64,000 bases of DNA, taken from positions 1 to 64,000 of the IMG/VR virus record IMGVR_UViG_3300032331_000813, one strand, 5' to 3'. This document shows positions 41,501 through 52,845 of the stretch, piece after piece. Numbering within the stretch: the stretch's first letter is position 1; each line of letters starts with the position of its first letter. Origin of the DNA: a virus. The translations under genes were made by a program, and so were the position numbers. The notes under the pieces were generated by a model. It ran no database searches, was not told where the DNA came from, and saw nothing but the letters and a program-made list of their open reading frames with translations.

Positions 41501-44500
41501 CATATAGTGCTACTGGTTCACTTATATCATTGTCATTAAATGGTACCGGAGTTCAAAGAGCATATGCTCTTCCTGTTATACTAACACAAGTTACAAAATC
41601 AGATCCGGTATTTGATGTAAGTTATATTTTAGGTGGTTACAGAACAATAATTACAAATCCAGGTTCAGGGTATGCAATAAACAATGCTATTACTGTATTG
41701 GGAACATCATTAGGTGGAACTACTACTAACAATTTAATACTAACCGTAACTTCAATCAATTCTGAAGGTGGTATACTATCAACTACTGCAAGTGGAACCC
41801 CACCTGGACCAGAAAATCAATACTATTTGAAAGTATTGTCAGTAAATCAAATGGCTGTGTATTCAAATGCTATATTGACATCACAAGTAAGTGGACAAAA
41901 TTTCCCTTACAAGGGTATAACAACTATTACAGCAACTGCCACAACAGCAGCTACTGATTTAATTACTATAAACAGTACTAGTGATTTCAGCGTTAATGAC
42001 CCAGTTGTCTTTACTGGAACAGTGTTTGGAAATATAGTTTTAGGAGCTACGTATTATATCACTGGGTATGGCCCTACAATTAGTGCTGGCAGTTTTGTTG
42101 CTACAACACAATATAGAATTAATTCATTAGGCACTACTGATTGGAACATTGCAGCAGGAACATACGGTGTTACATATAGTGTAGGAGATGTGTTTACTGC
42201 TGTAACAACAAGTTCAGGTACAGGTAATGTTACTTTGTTAACAAGAATAACGATTTCACAAACAATTGGTGGTTACACATTTGAATTAGCAGATGCTACT
42301 GGTTCCATGACAATGGCTAAATCAGGTGACTATGCATTGTTACCGGAACCATTCTACTTCAGTCCTAGTATTGTAAAATACGGAACTCGTTTATATGAAT
42401 GCGTAGTCAGTAATAATGACAATGAGTTTATTTTTGGTAAGTGGGCATTACTAGATACCGGAAATAGAAATGTAAATGCACTAGACAGAATTGCAGCATA
42501 CTATCAACCAACAGTTAACATGCCGGGTGTTGATTTAACCCAACTAGTATCAGGTATAACATATCCAAATAGCACTTATTTAGGTAATGCATTCGCACCA
42601 GCAGATGAATTCACATTAGATACAATTTTAACTGATAGACCATTCTACCCAACTGGTGTAGATTTAGAAGCCATCATTTGGAATGGTGTAATTTATATGG
42701 CTGCTGCTCAAACAAGCGAATATAGTTCAATTAACATGAGTGTAGATACTGATAATTGGACAATAACAAAGATAGCAAGAAATCCAATCAATATAACCAG
42801 TCTATTATATGTTAACGGTAACTATTTGATGACAGCTAATAATGGAGCAACACCGTTATTGATAAGTGAAGATGGATATCAATGGATAACTAACGGTTCA
42901 TTTACCCCTTTCAGTAGTACACCATGGGACGTTGTTTCATATGATATATCTTCAATGTCTATGCCGGCGTTCTCATTGAATGAGTCAGCATATTACAATG
43001 GTATATATGTTGCTGTAGGTGATAATATTGTGTCATCAACTGATTTATATGCATGGGTAGAAAGATTTACATTTGGTGGCACTTTGACTACTAGTGAGTT
43101 TAAAGGGGTTTGCTATGCAAATACCGCTGGATTCTCTGGTTTTATGGCAGTTGGTTTAGGACAAATAATTACGTACAACAATGTTGGCAATGTGACTAAT
43201 GTTGGTATAGTCTATACTAGCCCTGACGGTATTACTTGGCAACAAGTTCCAATGAATATTACAACTGATTTAAGTTTTAATAGCATTGCAGCTAGTGGAC
43301 AAACAATTGTCGTAGTGGGTGATGATGGATTAATATGGACAAGTTTCAACGGAAGTATTTGGTTTAATCAAACATCTCCGATAACATCTAACTTGAACAA
43401 TGTAAGTTGGAATAGTGTTAATAATACATTTATGGCAGTTGGTGATGATGGTGTGATATTATATAACTCTACAGGCACTGGTATAACATGGACAAGACAA
43501 ACTTCAGGTACTACGGAAGATTTACAAAGTTCAGTATGGAACAATTCACGTGGTGAATATGTCGTAGTAGGATATAATAACACTATATTAACAAGCACTA
43601 TCGCAGCAACAAGTTGGTCAGCACATGCTAAATTTATAAATCCAATAGCAGTGTATGATGTACAAGGCGATGATTTCTCTGCAGGATATGGCCCAGAAGA
43701 ATTAGTTGGTGGTGTTGTAGAAGATACCATAATGATGACTGTAGCAACTCGTCCGGGTACAAACTGGGATGAAACAATTTATCAACATACTGGTTATAAT
43801 GTAGTTTCTGAAGAAATATATCCAATCAATGGTACTCAAACTGATTATAGTTTTGCTAATTTAGTATCTACCCCTGCACAATTGAGTGTATTTGTTGTGA
43901 GTTATTTGACTGGAACAAGTACTACTCTTTATGAAGGAGCCGATTATTATATTGACTGGATTAATAAAACAGTATCGATATTTACCCCATTGACTTATGT
44001 ATCATCTACTTTAAGAGATAGATTGCGTATTGATGTATATGAAGTGGGCAACGGAGACCAATTAGTTAAAGCAAATACAGAAACTGATCCACTAAGAATA
44101 AATCCTGTTACAGGATTTAATGAGATATATGTAAATGCTAACTATAGCGCAACTATATACAAAGGTTCAGGATTAATACGTCCTAGTACGGCTCCAATTG
44201 TTACTACTGCAACACACACTAATAGTTTTGATAATACGATAACATGTACTAGTGTTACTGAGTTTGTACTTAATGGACCTATATACTTTTCTGGATATGT
44301 TTTTGGCAATATAGTTGAAGATACAATTTATTATGTTAAATCAATAGGCGGAGTATCAAATCGAATTACTATTTCTGATAGTTATAATTCAAGTACAGGG
44401 GCTGCAGGAGATACTTTCATTTTATCTTCTGCGGACGGAAGTATGGAAGCAGTTATACAGTCTACAAACAGTGTAGTATGGACACCACCGGCTATATATC

Positions 44501-47500
44501 ATAATGGATCATTATTGATATCGGGTATTACTGAAACTGTTTTGAGAACAAAATCAAGTACTAATACCATCACAGCTATTACTACTGGAGGATTGATTGT
44601 AGGTACACCTATCGTATTCAGCGATACTATATTTGGTGGTATAGAGCCTGGCATAATATATTACGTAAACTTAATATATGACTCAAACGAATTTACAATA
44701 TCTGAAACTTTGGGCGGTTCTGATTTAGAATTAACCGATGCAACAGGTAGCGCAATATTCATAACAAATGACTATGCTATTGGATTTGCTGATAATGGAA
44801 TATCTGCGGCAGTAATATTCTCTCAACTGTATGACACAACGGTTGACTATATAAGTTACACATTGTTTGGTGAAACATTCCCTATTCAATATGGATATAC
44901 TATCCCGCAAGTAGAAACATTTGTTGGTGACGGGGCGACCTCTACTTTTGCTTTAAGTAATTATATATCAGATGACAGCGTTGTTAATGCAATAGTAGAA
45001 ATAGACGGCATTCGCAGAACATTAGCAGAATATACTATTAGCACTATTACTAATAGTATTACGTTTAAAAATCCTCCTAGTGCAAACCCTGCGACTACAA
45101 CAGCTGGTAATTTTGTAGTGGGAACTTCTTATCGTATTGCGTCATTGGGAACAACTGATTTTGTATCAATAGGCGCAACTTCTACGGCAAATGTTACTGG
45201 TTCTATTAGTGGTACATCTTTAACTATTACTAGTGTTACTTCAGGATTATTAGATTCAGGAATATGTATAACAGGTACGGGAATAACAGCTGGCACATAT
45301 ATTACTGATCAAATATTAACGCAGACAGCGGGCAATTTTATTGTAGGGATGCCATATAGAATAGAGTCTATTGGAACAACTGATTTCGTAGCAATAGGTG
45401 CAGCTTCAACAGCGGTTGTAACCGGTACGATTAGTAATGGTTTAGGTAGCGCAGGTAATAAACTTAATGTTACTGCTTCAACTTCAGGTGCGTTAGCAGT
45501 AGGCACTTACATAACAGGTACGGGCGTAACCGCAGGAACATATATTACTGCTTTGGGTACAGGTAAAGGCGGAATAGGAACTTATACTGTAAGTGTGTCA
45601 CAAAATGTAACTTCAACTACTGTTACAGGTCAACCGTTAGTAGGTGAAGGATTTATTGCAACTGACATAGGATCTGGTACTGGAACTGCAACACAAACTA
45701 ATCCCGGTGGAATAGGTTTATACACGGTTGATACTTCACAGACAGTGGCAGAAACTGCAATAACAGGTCAACCAACTGTTGGTACTGTATTTACTGCAAC
45801 TGGCGCAGGCGCTGGAACTGGAGTTGTAACTGGGCTAGTAAGTGTCGCAGTAACGACATATAACTTAACCGAACGTCAGTATCTTAGCACTCAATATAAT
45901 ATTACTGGTATCACACAGACTAGCCAAGGTTCTGTAACAGTAACTGGTAGTCATGGGTTAGAAGAAACATATGATATGCCAGTTAATGCAGGCTATTTTG
46001 ATGTTGGACAATCTTACACTATACAAACATTGGGTAATACAAATTGGACAAGCATAGGTGCAACTCAAGTAACTGATGCTACCTTAACAAAAGGCACTCA
46101 GTATATTATTAATACTTTGGGAACCGCAGATTGGACTTCAGTTGGTGCAGGTGGAACAGTAACTGGTAGTATATCTAACAAAACTATCAATGGGGTAAAT
46201 ACTGGAGTACTAACTGTAACTAGCGTATTGACCCCGTCGATTGTAGTGACTGATTTGGTTATTGGACAAACTTATACAATTTTATCATTAGGTACAACTA
46301 CTAATACACAATGGAATACTATTGCAGGCACTACTGGAAAAACATATGCGGTAGGTAATAGAATAGATGCTCAAGTAGTCGGGACTGGTACTGGCACTGT
46401 AGCAATGAATATGGTAGCAGTTAATCAATTCCTTAGCAGTAGTAGTGTTACTGTTACTGCTGGTAATTTTAATATAGGAACTTTATATACTGTTGCAACA
46501 CTCGGTACTACTAATTTCGTAGCCGTAGGTGCAGCTTCAACTGCGGTAGTAACTGGAGTTATTGGTGTTACTGTTACAGCTGGTAGTTTTGTAATAGGAA
46601 ATTCATATTTTATTACAACATTAGGGACTACTGATTTCACTTTAATTGGTGCAAGTTCTAATACAGTTGGTGTTACATTTATTGCTACGGGCGCAGGAAC
46701 TGGTACTGGAACTGCAACTAGACCGGGTATAGCAGGTACTACCCTTAATGTATATGCAGTTACTTCAGGTACATTAGCAGTTGGCACTTATATAACAGGA
46801 TCAAATGTAGCAGGTGGCACTCGTATTACAGCATTGCTTACTGGAACAGGTGGAATAGGTACATATACTGTTAGTACTTCACAATATGTAAATTCAACTA
46901 TAATAACAGGACAGCCGGCGGTTGGAAGCACATTCACTGCTACTGGAATAGGAACTGGAACTGGAACTGCATCCTCAAGCATTGCAGCAAGCACAACTAT
47001 AACAGGTTTCTTAAGTGGTTCAGGTGGCGTAGGTACGTATACATTGAGTAGTCCACAAATTATAACAAGTAGAACCATGACTCTTGGTCCTAATGTAGGG
47101 GTATTATTTACCGCTACTACTAATAGTGATCCATCAGGTTCAGGCGGATTTGCATATGTAGCTAGCTTTACTGCAACTGGGGCGGGTACTGGTATTGGTG
47201 CCGGAACAATAGCGTATAGCACAACAGATTTTTCTACATTACAGTATTGGTTAAGTACATCAGCAGGAGGCACCAGTGTATTGGGTGTAAATTATCCAAT
47301 AGTATTTGGAACAGTTATACCAAACTGCGGTATAACTGCCGGAAGAAGATATTATGTAACAAAAATATTAGATTCTTCAAGATTTACGGTGTCTACTCAA
47401 GTAGGGGGAGCATCTCCTAAATTAGAAACTACTACCGGTACTATGATTGGCACAATGACTCAATTATCAGTTTCACCGATTGACAACATAACTAATACTA

Positions 47501-49788
47501 TAACACGTCCTGCATTTAGTTTATCTATTGCAGAAATAAAAGGTGGATCTCTTGATATAATAAACGTAGCTGCAACTACCGTAGGTAGTCAGTATGTTAT
47601 TGTAGCTTTAGGAAACACCAATTGGAATACAGTAGGTAACACTACAGGAATCACTTATGCTGCCGGAGATTTATTGACTGTAGTAAATGTTGCTACTGGA
47701 ACTACCGGTACTGTACAGCTTGCTGATGTTATAAAAGTACCGGATGTATATGGTTTGGCAGAAGGTCAAGATGTTATATTTAAAATAAATCAAACTAACG
47801 CTGGTTCATTTTTAGTTGGGTATGCGTATGTTATTAATGATTTAGGTAGTACCACACAATCACAATGGAACACTATAGCAGGTACCTCAAGTGTAATATA
47901 TAAAGTAGGAATGGGATTCACTGCTGCAACTGTTGGTACTGGTACTGGAACTGCTGTGTTAGTTGACGTAGGTGGATTGAATACATCCGGTGAAACTTAT
48001 TTTGTTAAAACAGTTATATCTAACCCATCAACATTATACGGAAGCTATTTCATAGTCGAAGATCAATATGGCACAGTACCAACATTGTCAACTACTATGT
48101 ATGAAATTGTAGCATACATTGGTGGTACTCCTACTATCAGAATTAATACAGCTACTGATACAAACTTAATACAAAATAATGTAGTACGTATTGACGGTAC
48201 GATTGGTTCAGTTCAATTGAATAATAATATATACTATGCTAAGATCATACGCAATAATATTATTGATATCTACACAGAGCCATACAATCCAGCATTATAT
48301 GCAGAAAATTACCCAGTAATATCATCTTACACTTATGTGTCTGGTGGTTACATTTGGGTAGATGAGTTGTTCACAGTCGCTGACACTTACGCAACTGCAT
48401 CTAGTTCAAATGGTAATAGAATTACAGTTGCTGATACTAGCATGTTAGTACCGGCTACCCCTGTGTATTTTACACAATCAGGTTCTGAGATAGGTGACGA
48501 TTTATTAGGCGGAGTAAAAGCTAAAACTGAATACTATATATTACAAGTAAGACCTGAAATCGCAGCTGGTAATTTTATAGTAGGAAACTATTATGAAATT
48601 TCTATTCTTGGCGATACTAATTGGAATACCATGTCTGGTATAACTTCAGTAAATGCAGGTTCATTTGTAGTAGGATATACATATCAAATTACTTCAGCAG
48701 GTAATACTGATTTTACAACTATTGGTGCAACATCAAATACAGTAGGCGTAATTTTTGTTGCTACTGGAGTTGGTTCTGGTACCGGAACTGCTAATATAAT
48801 ATACGTTGCCGGTGATGTTTTTGAAGCAGCATCTGCTGGTAGTGGTACTGGATTTGCTTTGGGATTACAAGAATTTACTATAAGTGAAAAGAGATTCCCA
48901 GATGAAGCTGAAGTCACGTTAATCGATGATAGTTCAAGTGCTATTGAAAATACAATACACGTATCACAATTCCAACAAGTTAATGTTGATAGATTGTGGG
49001 TAACAATTAACGGTTATAGAGTACCGTCATCATCATTAAGATTGAATCCTTATAATAATTTAAGTATTTTAGCTACAGTAAATACCGGAGACGATGTAAT
49101 TATTACTAGCATGATGCCTACAGCTACACCAAATGAAGAAGTGTATCTATTAAACGTGCCAATGGTAGCAGATTCATCAGTGTATAGGGCAAACACACAA
49201 ACTAGAACATGGTTGGTTGAACCACTAAGATACGTAGATGACACTATTTATTTAAATGACATTAGTAGAGTTACGGATACCCTTACACAAGTATCAACGG
49301 TTCCTGCTGAGTTAGATGGAAAATACAGCATAGGTGTTGTTGGTACTAAGAACACGATCACTAGCGTAACTGTTTACAACAACACAACTGACGCATGGAT
49401 AGATCCAGCTGTATACTCGCTTGTAATAGTTGATTTTGCTCCTATCTTAGAAATCGACAGTGAAGTTTCTGAGGGAGATTCAGTCACTATCACTATTATT
49501 GAAGGAAGATTATTGTACATCAATGGAGAACAGATTGGATTTGGAAAGTGTGACTTAATAAACAACACCGTAACTGAATTATCTAGGGGAACAAATGGAA
49601 CCGGGCAGCAAACTTACATACCGTTGTATGCTGAAGTCTTTGGTATGTTACCATCTAATCAGATGACCAGTGTATTATATTCTGACACATGGAACCCAAT
49701 CCCAGGAATTTACAATACAGTTGACGGAGATCCATTGCAGATTGCATATACCCAAGGTGCAAACTTCTTGCGAGGCGACATTAATTAA
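26518..49788 (+). CDS. Giant 7,756-aa baseplate/fibre protein (gp7-position wedge scaffold fused to many adhesion-like modules)
   Basis: Single uninterrupted 23.3 kb ORF after gp6; contains an EVKPYH wedge-like motif, FG-GAP-like and BNR-like propeller repeats, about 16 copies of a ~45-aa GTGTG module and about 15-17 copies of a ~70-aa beta module. Confidence 0.8.
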   Translation: MATRIRTLNFLPEIFKTPTNNQFLSATLDQLVAQPNTEKIEGYVGSKFGYGVNPNDNYVTEPTKIRTDYQLDPGVVFLKENDTTAKDFISYPGIIDALKLKGGITEDNSRLFNNQFYSWDSFTDLDKIINFSQYYWVPNGPERVVVQSSAIYSSVQYNVQSETAYYVISSNETSPEINPTLTLLRGGTYTFKVNQDSNFWIQGVPGLTGYSPVQRNLQTRNVYGVENNGIKDGTVTFTVPPKDALSEYYFVNSTTVDVVSTLPFAQVNGATVDSIGGIDGVTELDGLTVMFYNTGVENEIAYTNQFFDQTQFDEEGGVPYTNSSQRITKTITDSNSLTNEFTYINDTGISDFQANDAITFVGTLIGGVVKNKTYYVKEITSSNTFTISSTVNGNVVELTDATGGSMTVRIQTSYPGTDIFDNNFEGGFYNQVSRNFYSVTLLGDVDNPVIQLTRLSSIPAKTTITAEFGAQWASINFFQNSLGEIQLQPYNSAILDTLYYQDATTLSKVGQLRIIDDNYTNYIDVDFDILGKKNYTAPNGVVFTNGLKIIFQGNIYPSKYENVEYYVEGVGSAIELIPVATLISPGLFTSGEYTPYDSTPYDLGNYDSNLYVPINPDYLTIARNSINRNAWSRSNRWFHIDVINATAAYNNTPSLITEYTNLENKAKRPIIEFYPNIKLFDSGAVGKDPIDFIDTRTTDAFTYVAGQSSYFPDVAGYTGYNATIAPVTLADTSVIATNVYGYTDTIAVSSVTGLYVNDTIRFTVPIINAVSLVVGKTYVINTLGSTNFTLVGALSNTVGTSFVATGVGTGTGTATTFGGLTPNTTYYITSIETNVQVSSNVFKDLITVSLTRQGVNVNLSNSDTLSIATSIYHYSTSITVPTSSISGLFEKNQYVSDSTNYLPSVTLISNVTTVNDNTIITVTWTVQAVIPATSIASIVSADTPLDNYGLFDGARIVFAAETTDSVRNKIYISRFASITPNGTPLITLVEAEDGLVLPNEQTAVYRGYNYTGKDFYYTGIEWVEGQQKITTNQAPKFDLFDKNGVSLGDPDVYNGTSFTGCTLFAYSIGTGNDDSVLGFPLSYSSVANLGDINFDVTLNSNTFNYVYGTTAVTEKVNIGYVYNYTTTENFVRQIGWQTAVSPSVQYQIFDIAWTYLSPNIEFTCDIAPIASNKTNWPTVQVYINNTYLEPSKYTVTTTATTTTVTIPDINYTLSTEFTVQILILSDQVSQTAYYQTPDNLNNNPFNDEITKVNVGDIRGQYQSIFYNNPFTTGQIFGSNNYRDLGNLVPWGNRIIQNSASLVLPATFLRNQSHDLFNALLYNSRQYITFKTLLVDTVDKSNYTIDWTPAAMLDDTLQQMNLSHSNEQPFFWSDMVPSKSPLVANSYYFANPLDTSRYPLTRIYDFSVANYYSVLVYLIRDEEETQLIKNVDYTISTDSPSLVVTLDLLANDTIIIKEYNQTYGSYVPNTPTKLGLYPATIPSVTLDTAYTQPTYFIVGHDGSYNRLYGDYNAETNTLVDFRDQVLLEYETRVYNNLKLSETVPAGSYSGVLLPGFFRDTDYTYDEFMQIYSESFLDWVGQNRVDYKIQYYNKSNQYTYNYRDSGNKLNSIPIQQGYFRGIYLYFYDTTTPNATPWEMLGFVNMPTWWETRYGPAPYTSDNLVLWGDLEKGYVWNDGNPYIKPQYARAGLTDVIPVDSNGALITPMISVLGNYNEYTFQRDWKVGDVGPAEFSYRRSSSWPFDLMRILALTKPADFFNLGVDVDNYKYNAEFNQYLVNDRSHLVISDVPIYGLGTPATSYINWIVDYEKQVGVDATTNISTLLDNLDVRLVYRLAGFSDKNLLQFYVEKSSANSNNSSLLIPDESYQVLLYENQPFDRIVYSGVVVQITENGYKVYGNSQTNAYFKTVVPKATNITDKITVENLSVDVITDFYNITATIPYGIEFYNVQQVSQFLISYGQHLTNQGMVFENVENGVPVTWRQMVAEFLYWAQMGWAPGSITTINPAASTLVINKESSIVQPLTLRQFNFVLNQNLYPIQGSDMAVVREDTAFSVTPLNVGDAISYGQFNISNIEHGIVFDNVTLFNDIIYNLSTGLRQNRIFVRGRKTAEWNGNVDAFGFILNQDNITEWTKEVKYTQGSIVKYKNKYWTAITIVQAKEIFDEREWVVTDYDKIQKGLLPNSQTRSYESTLYYDTNNANLENDADLLSFSLIGYRPRDYMALADLTDVTQVNVYKNMIKEKGTLNAASAFKGATLPQGGIKYDIYDNWAILSGSYGGILNNNFVEFRLKQSELTGNPSIVGLTNGISINGVQQEVPIYSLFNYGRPLDSVNILPTIPNTQPSTLYPTSGYVNYNDVTMASYFYSGLSAAQNYTGKTIPINQFYVRDYAWLANYLATWQVYTPASLGTVINVDNNLNGTVTVTFSQAHNLKLYDPFAIVNFAVDIDNYYIVAAVPNPQTVIINLSLNPSIRNITGQGIGMRMQSQRVATAPEIDNLPLLDNEFNKLKVWVDTNNDGSWAVYRKSLNYQYDNEIIKAASQNFGSAVAYTENLGYLIGDSALGTVYRYLYNVEENVYTLSQAISQGGSFGSCITYVDDLFAISQPTHPSEVPALYIYQLTTNDIINTIALYQTITAPNGVTNWGRSTAMSGDQNWLYISDTDNAKVYVYRRSSTTQLYVQVKTSNGLPLTLSVAELTSADLFGYSIATDYYGDTVVIGAPFKDYTNDGTTNNYGYSYVFSRTVQNFIAQQTGQPYKELTFQLGFTPETVVQIATSTDAATDRITVADTSAFNVNDPVVFSGTILSSGALSANTVYYIKTIPTSTAFTVSRKIGGSTFQLIDDTGIPGMTVTVQTTPLYVTINGELLSDKNYAVTGSVLNIYTDSTILVNAGDLINVSAPSFVLAQTLTDENPPRVGVEFGSSIDVNAFANEILIGAPYELSSKNNEGAVHRYTNGGEKYGIVIGSSKCAITSEQTIFINGFAVILQAGNASSAATSINLVNIPNVYASASDTTDNGILSISLVDVEIGVMGNKLSLTALLSTTFAEMGMTIYKKTQTIVCPHSATRTQFGAVVKFNKSTYGSFVASAPAGARVAATTFDFTDDELDNDTVFDNNATQWIDSFVNAGAVYMFDFLSAYNENIDNPGKFVYAQSTNARDIEYGAQPYYGTALDFNNNRVTIGTPNFISPTLTYQGQVVTYISSSTEPDWAVYRESAPVVDVNGIFNIQMYSAMTNDTLENLDYIDPLQGKLLGVVAQNIDVVSNQDPASYNSPGIAQQGIVWGQDKVGHIWFNTSNTRFMNYHQNDVNYNSQWWGRVFPGSDVAVYSWIESNVPPELYSGPGTPFDTFNYAVRGVINAEGLITPVYYFWARNTNIVFERLGKTLADSTLELYITSPQNTGISYFAPLLPSVFGLYNGFEFINANDTVLHIGYSTGTNSDVSHNQYSLIRANYANDFLPGVPGSGAAYQNHLAVGITEPIDLYNRMLDSMCGVDNAGGVVPDPQLPKAVQTGVLARPRQGFFYSRFGALKNYLQYANTVLSQFPITEMRPNIPFLNTTGEFYDTSAYWTLINWWAPEYNDNTKSLIQVPVYADLAALTVAVGTIVTVLQNGVGSAETYIYSSDGAWIRIGLENGTIEFKSVLWDYPSARLGFGDNFFDTTLYDVYPSAETRYIVRALNEEIYTNELLIFRNKSLILLFEYIQSETIESQNYLSWLNKTSFADVSHTIRELLPIEVFQSDNELFLEGYLNEVKPYHVVIKEFIFKYTREEIYQGDVTDFDVPAQFTSGVNEFITPELVYTTPTEINQFNYLDPIWATAPYNQWYNNYGVSLNGEKGYYIATLASYISLNATSCYVDNINGFPVTGSILIGTEEIGYSYRDLATNQLSGLSRGQNSTTIAIHFPETNIYMNLPGVLVTDTGRNYLNPPRITAYIDLTKYPAPKITAILEPILALGKVIGVTVVDPGLGYAVLPQIIIDPAIVITIDSSQVSIVDNTIDIGSTELQTGDLVVYTVGPNSTPIGGLKEGQRYYVNLLETIPAPIIALYTEYLSAIEDHDRVILDSTGTGTQKFSMGAAANAITNATPIRENIISLRFDRTTYNSQVVEWSPFGYYGSFYAGTLRNPDKVASSAITLYSNTPPIETILASAQGATFEILDTTNQQTLEWSSRTRNTMQTYGSLYPTEAYRNAIRIDPSDGGVAVEGFIGSTIGFYIGMPVKFNGSTIGTLLEDDVTYYVKSLVKLPNTGTSTSATRTNASNNTITVASSVNFKLQDTVVFTSATQIISSGYFVIGQTYEITTVGTTNFTLIGAASNDVGTVFIATGVGTGTGTAEQRSLGNVIYLETYYILSKPSATTVTLSQTLGGSVFKLSNATGVMTMIRPDTDVLEDTGFTISDTVDENGNPGAVYSPNIGIGSVTIAPAGLKLLTGNQTNLEIITINYSGLRNTVATTGTTNTVTVLLTATGENGTTGFYTGLPIFFVGNTFGGIVENISYYVTTVIDAQTFTMSPTSDAPFAISFTETTSTDNLVVCGTSSTENITLNLSVNEPIIFTDFVLKAGYFTIGQVYSIVSVADNNGGATTDFTLIGSSSNAIGTIFTATGVGTGTGTATPTSPSTTFGGIVFGKTYYVRQKFADVDPIDLVTTTYSISIAESVNGDAVTLTNTVGSCLFTSQKDTLPLTTATGSMTMNVALPVSPGQVDGQQFTLYNTSSQLAGKQGTVSNLLNREITSTLDTVNRICLSSFSGGLTDIYNNLQFKVSTPIGGLTNATVYAGSFIVGNVYTITYIGDTTQSNWNTIAGTTGVVYTINSVFTCAATGTYIGSQTGSAVRVYKITGTGTTSVKVIETQSSGNWLRLNDDDNPNTTDVLYVGMPLYFSGTSVGSVSLGVVYYVFSIDSSPPSGTGRFSISEVSDLSSQFTVTDDVGVMTGSGDPYVTITSPASLLDSNQIATFSSAPSTATVTVTNGSSFTNGMAIRFNTTDTLPTPLKINVTYYIKNLSGNTFNIAYSATGSLISLSLNGTGVQRAYALPVILTQVTKSDPVFDVSYILGGYRTIITNPGSGYAINNAITVLGTSLGGTTTNNLILTVTSINSEGGILSTTASGTPPGPENQYYLKVLSVNQMAVYSNAILTSQVSGQNFPYKGITTITATATTAATDLITINSTSDFSVNDPVVFTGTVFGNIVLGATYYITGYGPTISAGSFVATTQYRINSLGTTDWNIAAGTYGVTYSVGDVFTAVTTSSGTGNVTLLTRITISQTIGGYTFELADATGSMTMAKSGDYALLPEPFYFSPSIVKYGTRLYECVVSNNDNEFIFGKWALLDTGNRNVNALDRIAAYYQPTVNMPGVDLTQLVSGITYPNSTYLGNAFAPADEFTLDTILTDRPFYPTGVDLEAIIWNGVIYMAAAQTSEYSSINMSVDTDNWTITKIARNPINITSLLYVNGNYLMTANNGATPLLISEDGYQWITNGSFTPFSSTPWDVVSYDISSMSMPAFSLNESAYYNGIYVAVGDNIVSSTDLYAWVERFTFGGTLTTSEFKGVCYANTAGFSGFMAVGLGQIITYNNVGNVTNVGIVYTSPDGITWQQVPMNITTDLSFNSIAASGQTIVVVGDDGLIWTSFNGSIWFNQTSPITSNLNNVSWNSVNNTFMAVGDDGVILYNSTGTGITWTRQTSGTTEDLQSSVWNNSRGEYVVVGYNNTILTSTIAATSWSAHAKFINPIAVYDVQGDDFSAGYGPEELVGGVVEDTIMMTVATRPGTNWDETIYQHTGYNVVSEEIYPINGTQTDYSFANLVSTPAQLSVFVVSYLTGTSTTLYEGADYYIDWINKTVSIFTPLTYVSSTLRDRLRIDVYEVGNGDQLVKANTETDPLRINPVTGFNEIYVNANYSATIYKGSGLIRPSTAPIVTTATHTNSFDNTITCTSVTEFVLNGPIYFSGYVFGNIVEDTIYYVKSIGGVSNRITISDSYNSSTGAAGDTFILSSADGSMEAVIQSTNSVVWTPPAIYHNGSLLISGITETVLRTKSSTNTITAITTGGLIVGTPIVFSDTIFGGIEPGIIYYVNLIYDSNEFTISETLGGSDLELTDATGSAIFITNDYAIGFADNGISAAVIFSQLYDTTVDYISYTLFGETFPIQYGYTIPQVETFVGDGATSTFALSNYISDDSVVNAIVEIDGIRRTLAEYTISTITNSITFKNPPSANPATTTAGNFVVGTSYRIASLGTTDFVSIGATSTANVTGSISGTSLTITSVTSGLLDSGICITGTGITAGTYITDQILTQTAGNFIVGMPYRIESIGTTDFVAIGAASTAVVTGTISNGLGSAGNKLNVTASTSGALAVGTYITGTGVTAGTYITALGTGKGGIGTYTVSVSQNVTSTTVTGQPLVGEGFIATDIGSGTGTATQTNPGGIGLYTVDTSQTVAETAITGQPTVGTVFTATGAGAGTGVVTGLVSVAVTTYNLTERQYLSTQYNITGITQTSQGSVTVTGSHGLEETYDMPVNAGYFDVGQSYTIQTLGNTNWTSIGATQVTDATLTKGTQYIINTLGTADWTSVGAGGTVTGSISNKTINGVNTGVLTVTSVLTPSIVVTDLVIGQTYTILSLGTTTNTQWNTIAGTTGKTYAVGNRIDAQVVGTGTGTVAMNMVAVNQFLSSSSVTVTAGNFNIGTLYTVATLGTTNFVAVGAASTAVVTGVIGVTVTAGSFVIGNSYFITTLGTTDFTLIGASSNTVGVTFIATGAGTGTGTATRPGIAGTTLNVYAVTSGTLAVGTYITGSNVAGGTRITALLTGTGGIGTYTVSTSQYVNSTIITGQPAVGSTFTATGIGTGTGTASSSIAASTTITGFLSGSGGVGTYTLSSPQIITSRTMTLGPNVGVLFTATTNSDPSGSGGFAYVASFTATGAGTGIGAGTIAYSTTDFSTLQYWLSTSAGGTSVLGVNYPIVFGTVIPNCGITAGRRYYVTKILDSSRFTVSTQVGGASPKLETTTGTMIGTMTQLSVSPIDNITNTITRPAFSLSIAEIKGGSLDIINVAATTVGSQYVIVALGNTNWNTVGNTTGITYAAGDLLTVVNVATGTTGTVQLADVIKVPDVYGLAEGQDVIFKINQTNAGSFLVGYAYVINDLGSTTQSQWNTIAGTSSVIYKVGMGFTAATVGTGTGTAVLVDVGGLNTSGETYFVKTVISNPSTLYGSYFIVEDQYGTVPTLSTTMYEIVAYIGGTPTIRINTATDTNLIQNNVVRIDGTIGSVQLNNNIYYAKIIRNNIIDIYTEPYNPALYAENYPVISSYTYVSGGYIWVDELFTVADTYATASSSNGNRITVADTSMLVPATPVYFTQSGSEIGDDLLGGVKAKTEYYILQVRPEIAAGNFIVGNYYEISILGDTNWNTMSGITSVNAGSFVVGYTYQITSAGNTDFTTIGATSNTVGVIFVATGVGSGTGTANIIYVAGDVFEAASAGSGTGFALGLQEFTISEKRFPDEAEVTLIDDSSSAIENTIHVSQFQQVNVDRLWVTINGYRVPSSSLRLNPYNNLSILATVNTGDDVIITSMMPTATPNEEVYLLNVPMVADSSVYRANTQTRTWLVEPLRYVDDTIYLNDISRVTDTLTQVSTVPAELDGKYSIGVVGTKNTITSVTVYNNTTDAWIDPAVYSLVIVDFAPILEIDSEVSEGDSVTITIIEGRLLYINGEQIGFGKCDLINNTVTELSRGTNGTGQQTYIPLYAEVFGMLPSNQMTSVLYSDTWNPIPGIYNTVDGDPLQIAYTQGANFLRGDIN
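45103..47214 (+). repeat. Recursively nested protein-module array inside the giant gene
   Basis: Modules A (AG.F.VG..Y.I..LGTT.F..IGA...VG..F.ATG.GTGTG) and B (VTG.I....L.VT...SG.L.VG..ITG...AGT.IT...GG.G.YTV..SQ) interrupt one another with matched N- and C-halves. Confidence 0.8.
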
Positions 49789-49803
49789 AAGATAAATAAA
49801 TAT

Positions 49804-49956
49804 ATGAACGAAAAAGTGGAAGAAAACAAACAAAAACAGCCCGAAAATCCTGGCCCTAAGCCAAACGAAACGGGCGGATTTTACTTTTCTTCCAGTATTA
49901 AAATAACAGACCCGAATACAAAAGAAGTATTAGTCCAGATGCGAGGCGATAATTAA
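49804..49956 (+). CDS. Small 50-aa protein resembling the N-terminus of the next gene
   Basis: Not in the ORF track. MNEKVEENKQKQPENPGPKPNETGGFYFSSSIKITDPNTKEVLVQMRGDN; TAAATA upstream; stop overlaps the next start (TAATG). Confidence 0.75.
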   Translation: MNEKVEENKQKQPENPGPKPNETGGFYFSSSIKITDPNTKEVLVQMRGDN

Positions 49957-50576
49957 TGTCAGTAATAACACTATCATATAAAATAGAAGGATTTTTAAAA
50001 ATCTACGACCCCAACAACGGGGAAGTATTTGTAGATAAGAAAAATGCTATCAACTACGAAAATATGTCAGAAGCTATGGCTGACACGTTAAGCAGTCGCG
50101 GGTATGGGGAAATATATCAAATGGCGTTTGGTAATGGGGGCGCAAGCGTTTCAAATACCGGCGTTATTACTTATTTGCCACCAAATGTAACTGGAGTCAA
50201 TGCTGCTCTTTACAATCAAACTTACGCTAAAATCGTAGACGATACTAGCGTTTTTAATCTTGACCCTACACGTAACAAAATGACTGTAGCACATACTACG
50301 GGCAAAGTATATAGCGACATTTTGGTCCAATGTTTGTTAGATTACGGCGAACCCGCAGGGCAAGCTGCGTTTGATAATAGTACACAGACGGATTCAGCTT
50401 ACGTTTTTGACGAATTGGGATTACTTGCTAGATACGGGACAAGTGAAACCGGTGCAGTAATTACTAGATTGCTTACCCATGTTATATTTCACCCGGTCCA
50501 AAAGAGTCTGAACAGACAAATCCAGATTGATTACACAGTCAGGATCCAAAGTTTGACGAATTTAATAACAATATAA
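49956..50576 (+). CDS. Baseplate / tail-collar structural protein
   Basis: MAFGNGG, FDELGL and LLTHVIFHPVQKS...I.Y.V.I pattern resembling tail-collar/fibre-attachment domains. Confidence 0.55.
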   Translation: MSVITLSYKIEGFLKIYDPNNGEVFVDKKNAINYENMSEAMADTLSSRGYGEIYQMAFGNGGASVSNTGVITYLPPNVTGVNAALYNQTYAKIVDDTSVFNLDPTRNKMTVAHTTGKVYSDILVQCLLDYGEPAGQAAFDNSTQTDSAYVFDELGLLARYGTSETGAVITRLLTHVIFHPVQKSLNRQIQIDYTVRIQSLTNLITI

Positions 50577-50606
50577 GATAAATAATAGATACGGAGTAAT
50601 TTCAAA

Positions 50607-51854
50607 ATGGCATATACAATTGTAAAGAGTAATGGTCAAGTACTGACAACCATTGCTGACGGTACTATCAATACTAACAGTAGTTCACTATCCTTACCGG
50701 GAAGGAACTACGCTGGATATGGTCAATACGTTGACACTAACTTTGTCTGGCTGACTGAAAATTTTGCTAATTCTAGCCCACCTAGCAATCCTCTAGCAGG
50801 TCAATTGTGGTTCAATACTAACAACAGCACAATGTACGTATGCCCAACAGACGGTACTACTACAGCATCTAGTTGGTTAGCATTAACTTCTACTGCCAGT
50901 GGCGGAACTACTACGTTTGGTGCCATTACTGTTACTGGAAATATTATAGGTAACAATCTTAGTATCGCTAACAATATAACAAGTGCTAACATAACCGTAT
51001 TCAATGCTAACGTAACTACTAGGGCTAACGTAGTTTTGGCTAACGTTACTACTGGTAACATTGGAACATTGTATACTACTATTATATCAACTGGGGCAAC
51101 TACCACACTCGGATCAATAACAGGTACATGGACATTAAATGGTACTGGAACAGCTAATAGTGTAGCTGGTACTGGTATGTATGTTCAAGCTGGTAATATT
51201 GTAGTTAATAATTCTGGTAACACATACGGTATTAAGACTGACCGTTACATGTACGCAAATGGAGCTGCTATAAGTTTTAGTGGCACATATACAAACGGAA
51301 ATGTTTATGATTACTTGACAGGTTCTAATTCAGCTTCTAGATTTGCTGGAGCATTAGCTCCTTCTAGTCTTACAACTACTAGTCTTACTACTGGAAGTTC
51401 TTCAATAGCAGGACAGATTACAGGTAACTGGACATTGGGTGCTAGCAGTAGATTGAATGCAACATACGCTGATTTGGCAGAAAGATTTGAAGCAGATGCA
51501 TACTATGATGCAGGTACTGTAGTTGAATTGGGCGGTGAAAAAGAAATTACTAGCGTAAGATACGAATTGAGTGAAGATATCTTTGGTGTTATTTCTGACA
51601 CTGCTGCTTATTTGATGAATTCGGGGGCAGGAGATAATTCAACGCATCCTCCGGTTGCAATGACAGGTCGTGTTCAAGTTAAAGTTAAAGGCATAGTTAA
51701 AAAGAATGATCGTTTGGTTAGTGCAGGAGAAGGCATAGCACGAGCAGCTAAACCAGGTGAAGCTACAGCATTCAATGTTATTGGTCGTGCTTTAGCAAAC
51801 AAAACTGATAATAGTATTGGGACAGTATTAGCAATTGTTACTGTATCTAGATAA
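50607..51854 (+). CDS. Tail fibre/spike protein with C-terminal intramolecular-chaperone (peptidase G2-like) domain
   Basis: N-terminal anchor (GRNYAGYG...ENFAN..PP..P..GQLWF), Asn/Thr beta repeats, C-terminal YADLAE...GVIS...AYLMN...VAMTGRV.VKV.G. Confidence 0.7.
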   Translation: MAYTIVKSNGQVLTTIADGTINTNSSSLSLPGRNYAGYGQYVDTNFVWLTENFANSSPPSNPLAGQLWFNTNNSTMYVCPTDGTTTASSWLALTSTASGGTTTFGAITVTGNIIGNNLSIANNITSANITVFNANVTTRANVVLANVTTGNIGTLYTTIISTGATTTLGSITGTWTLNGTGTANSVAGTGMYVQAGNIVVNNSGNTYGIKTDRYMYANGAAISFSGTYTNGNVYDYLTGSNSASRFAGALAPSSLTTTSLTTGSSSIAGQITGNWTLGASSRLNATYADLAERFEADAYYDAGTVVELGGEKEITSVRYELSEDIFGVISDTAAYLMNSGAGDNSTHPPVAMTGRVQVKVKGIVKKNDRLVSAGEGIARAAKPGEATAFNVIGRALANKTDNSIGTVLAIVTVSR

Positions 51855-51863
51855 GGATTTTAA

Positions 51864-52823
51864 ATGTCATATGCTGTTAATGGAGCAATTCAATCCTTAG
51901 ACTTTAATAATTTAGTAGGAACTAACCCAAATACTACTAGTGGTACATTAAATACAGTATGGTCTACGGGTAGGTCAAATGCTGGATATGGACAAACTGC
52001 CTTAGCACAAATCAGTGGTACTAGTGCAATTGCAGCTACAGGTCAATGGGCAAATTTAGTAACTTATACTAATAACTGTGCATCACATCAAGGTACATCA
52101 ATAACAGCAATGTCTACTCCTGCAGTAGGTAGTGCAGTTTCTTCTGTGTCTGCGCTTCCAACTAATCTCACAACAATATACGCACCTAGGTTAAATGCAG
52201 CCACACAAGGGACAACGACAGCAAATACTGCTACTACGGTAGCTACATGGAGTGCTAGTGCAACTTTTACGCATACTGTTACCTTTGCAAATGGAGATGC
52301 GGCTAGATATTTCTTTAATTCAGGTGGGCAACTAAAAGTTACATGCGCCCACTCTAACTCTACTGCTGGTATTAATTTATTGTTTAACAATTTAGCTAGT
52401 AATGTAGGAACCGTAGTTATTAGTGCGCCAAACTCTGGAACTGCAACTATTGCTGCTACTTCATATTCCGGAGTACAAAAAGTAGGAGGAGGTGGAACTA
52501 CACCGACGATTTTGACAAACAATGGTTATTATGCATTAACTGCTAGTAACGCTAATATTTTTACTCAATTAGCATCTACCGGTCCGTCTACTTATTTGTC
52601 AACTTTTATACGTATAATTGCAAAATCAAACGGAGCAAACGTAAGTGGAAATCTTGATGCCGGTAGTGTAATTACACTATATACAATCTGGGATGAAGTG
52701 CCTGATGGATTAGTAGTAGGGTCTGGTTCTACTACCACAGTTACTGCACAAATACCCGAAACAACATATTTAAGTAATAGTTGGGGAACAATTACTATAG
52801 CGGGAAGTGTTGTAGTAGCATAA
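51864..52823 (+). CDS. Virion structural protein (fibre-associated), paralog 1
   Basis: Thr/Ser/Ala-rich; GYGQT and F...DAARYFFNSGG motifs; clearly paralogous to the next gene. Confidence 0.65.
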   Translation: MSYAVNGAIQSLDFNNLVGTNPNTTSGTLNTVWSTGRSNAGYGQTALAQISGTSAIAATGQWANLVTYTNNCASHQGTSITAMSTPAVGSAVSSVSALPTNLTTIYAPRLNAATQGTTTANTATTVATWSASATFTHTVTFANGDAARYFFNSGGQLKVTCAHSNSTAGINLLFNNLASNVGTVVISAPNSGTATIAATSYSGVQKVGGGGTTPTILTNNGYYALTASNANIFTQLASTGPSTYLSTFIRIIAKSNGANVSGNLDAGSVITLYTIWDEVPDGLVVGSGSTTTVTAQIPETTYLSNSWGTITIAGSVVVA

Positions 52824-52845
52824 ATATATGAACAGGAATTTTTAA

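Noticed and set aside
45309-48917. Several antisense ORFs (VPVPVP-rich) in the giant gene
   Set aside because: Shadows of GTGTG-coding repeats.
26518-49788. Inteins or introns explaining the giant ORF
   Set aside because: No LAGLIDADG/HNH or intein splice motifs recognised; the inserts are short structural repeats.
49769-49956. RGD motifs and a near-repeat TGCGAGGCGA at the ends of the giant ORF and the 50-aa ORF
   Set aside because: Only about 10 bp of exact identity; integrin-binding RGD has no evident meaning for a bacteriophage baseplate; may be chance.
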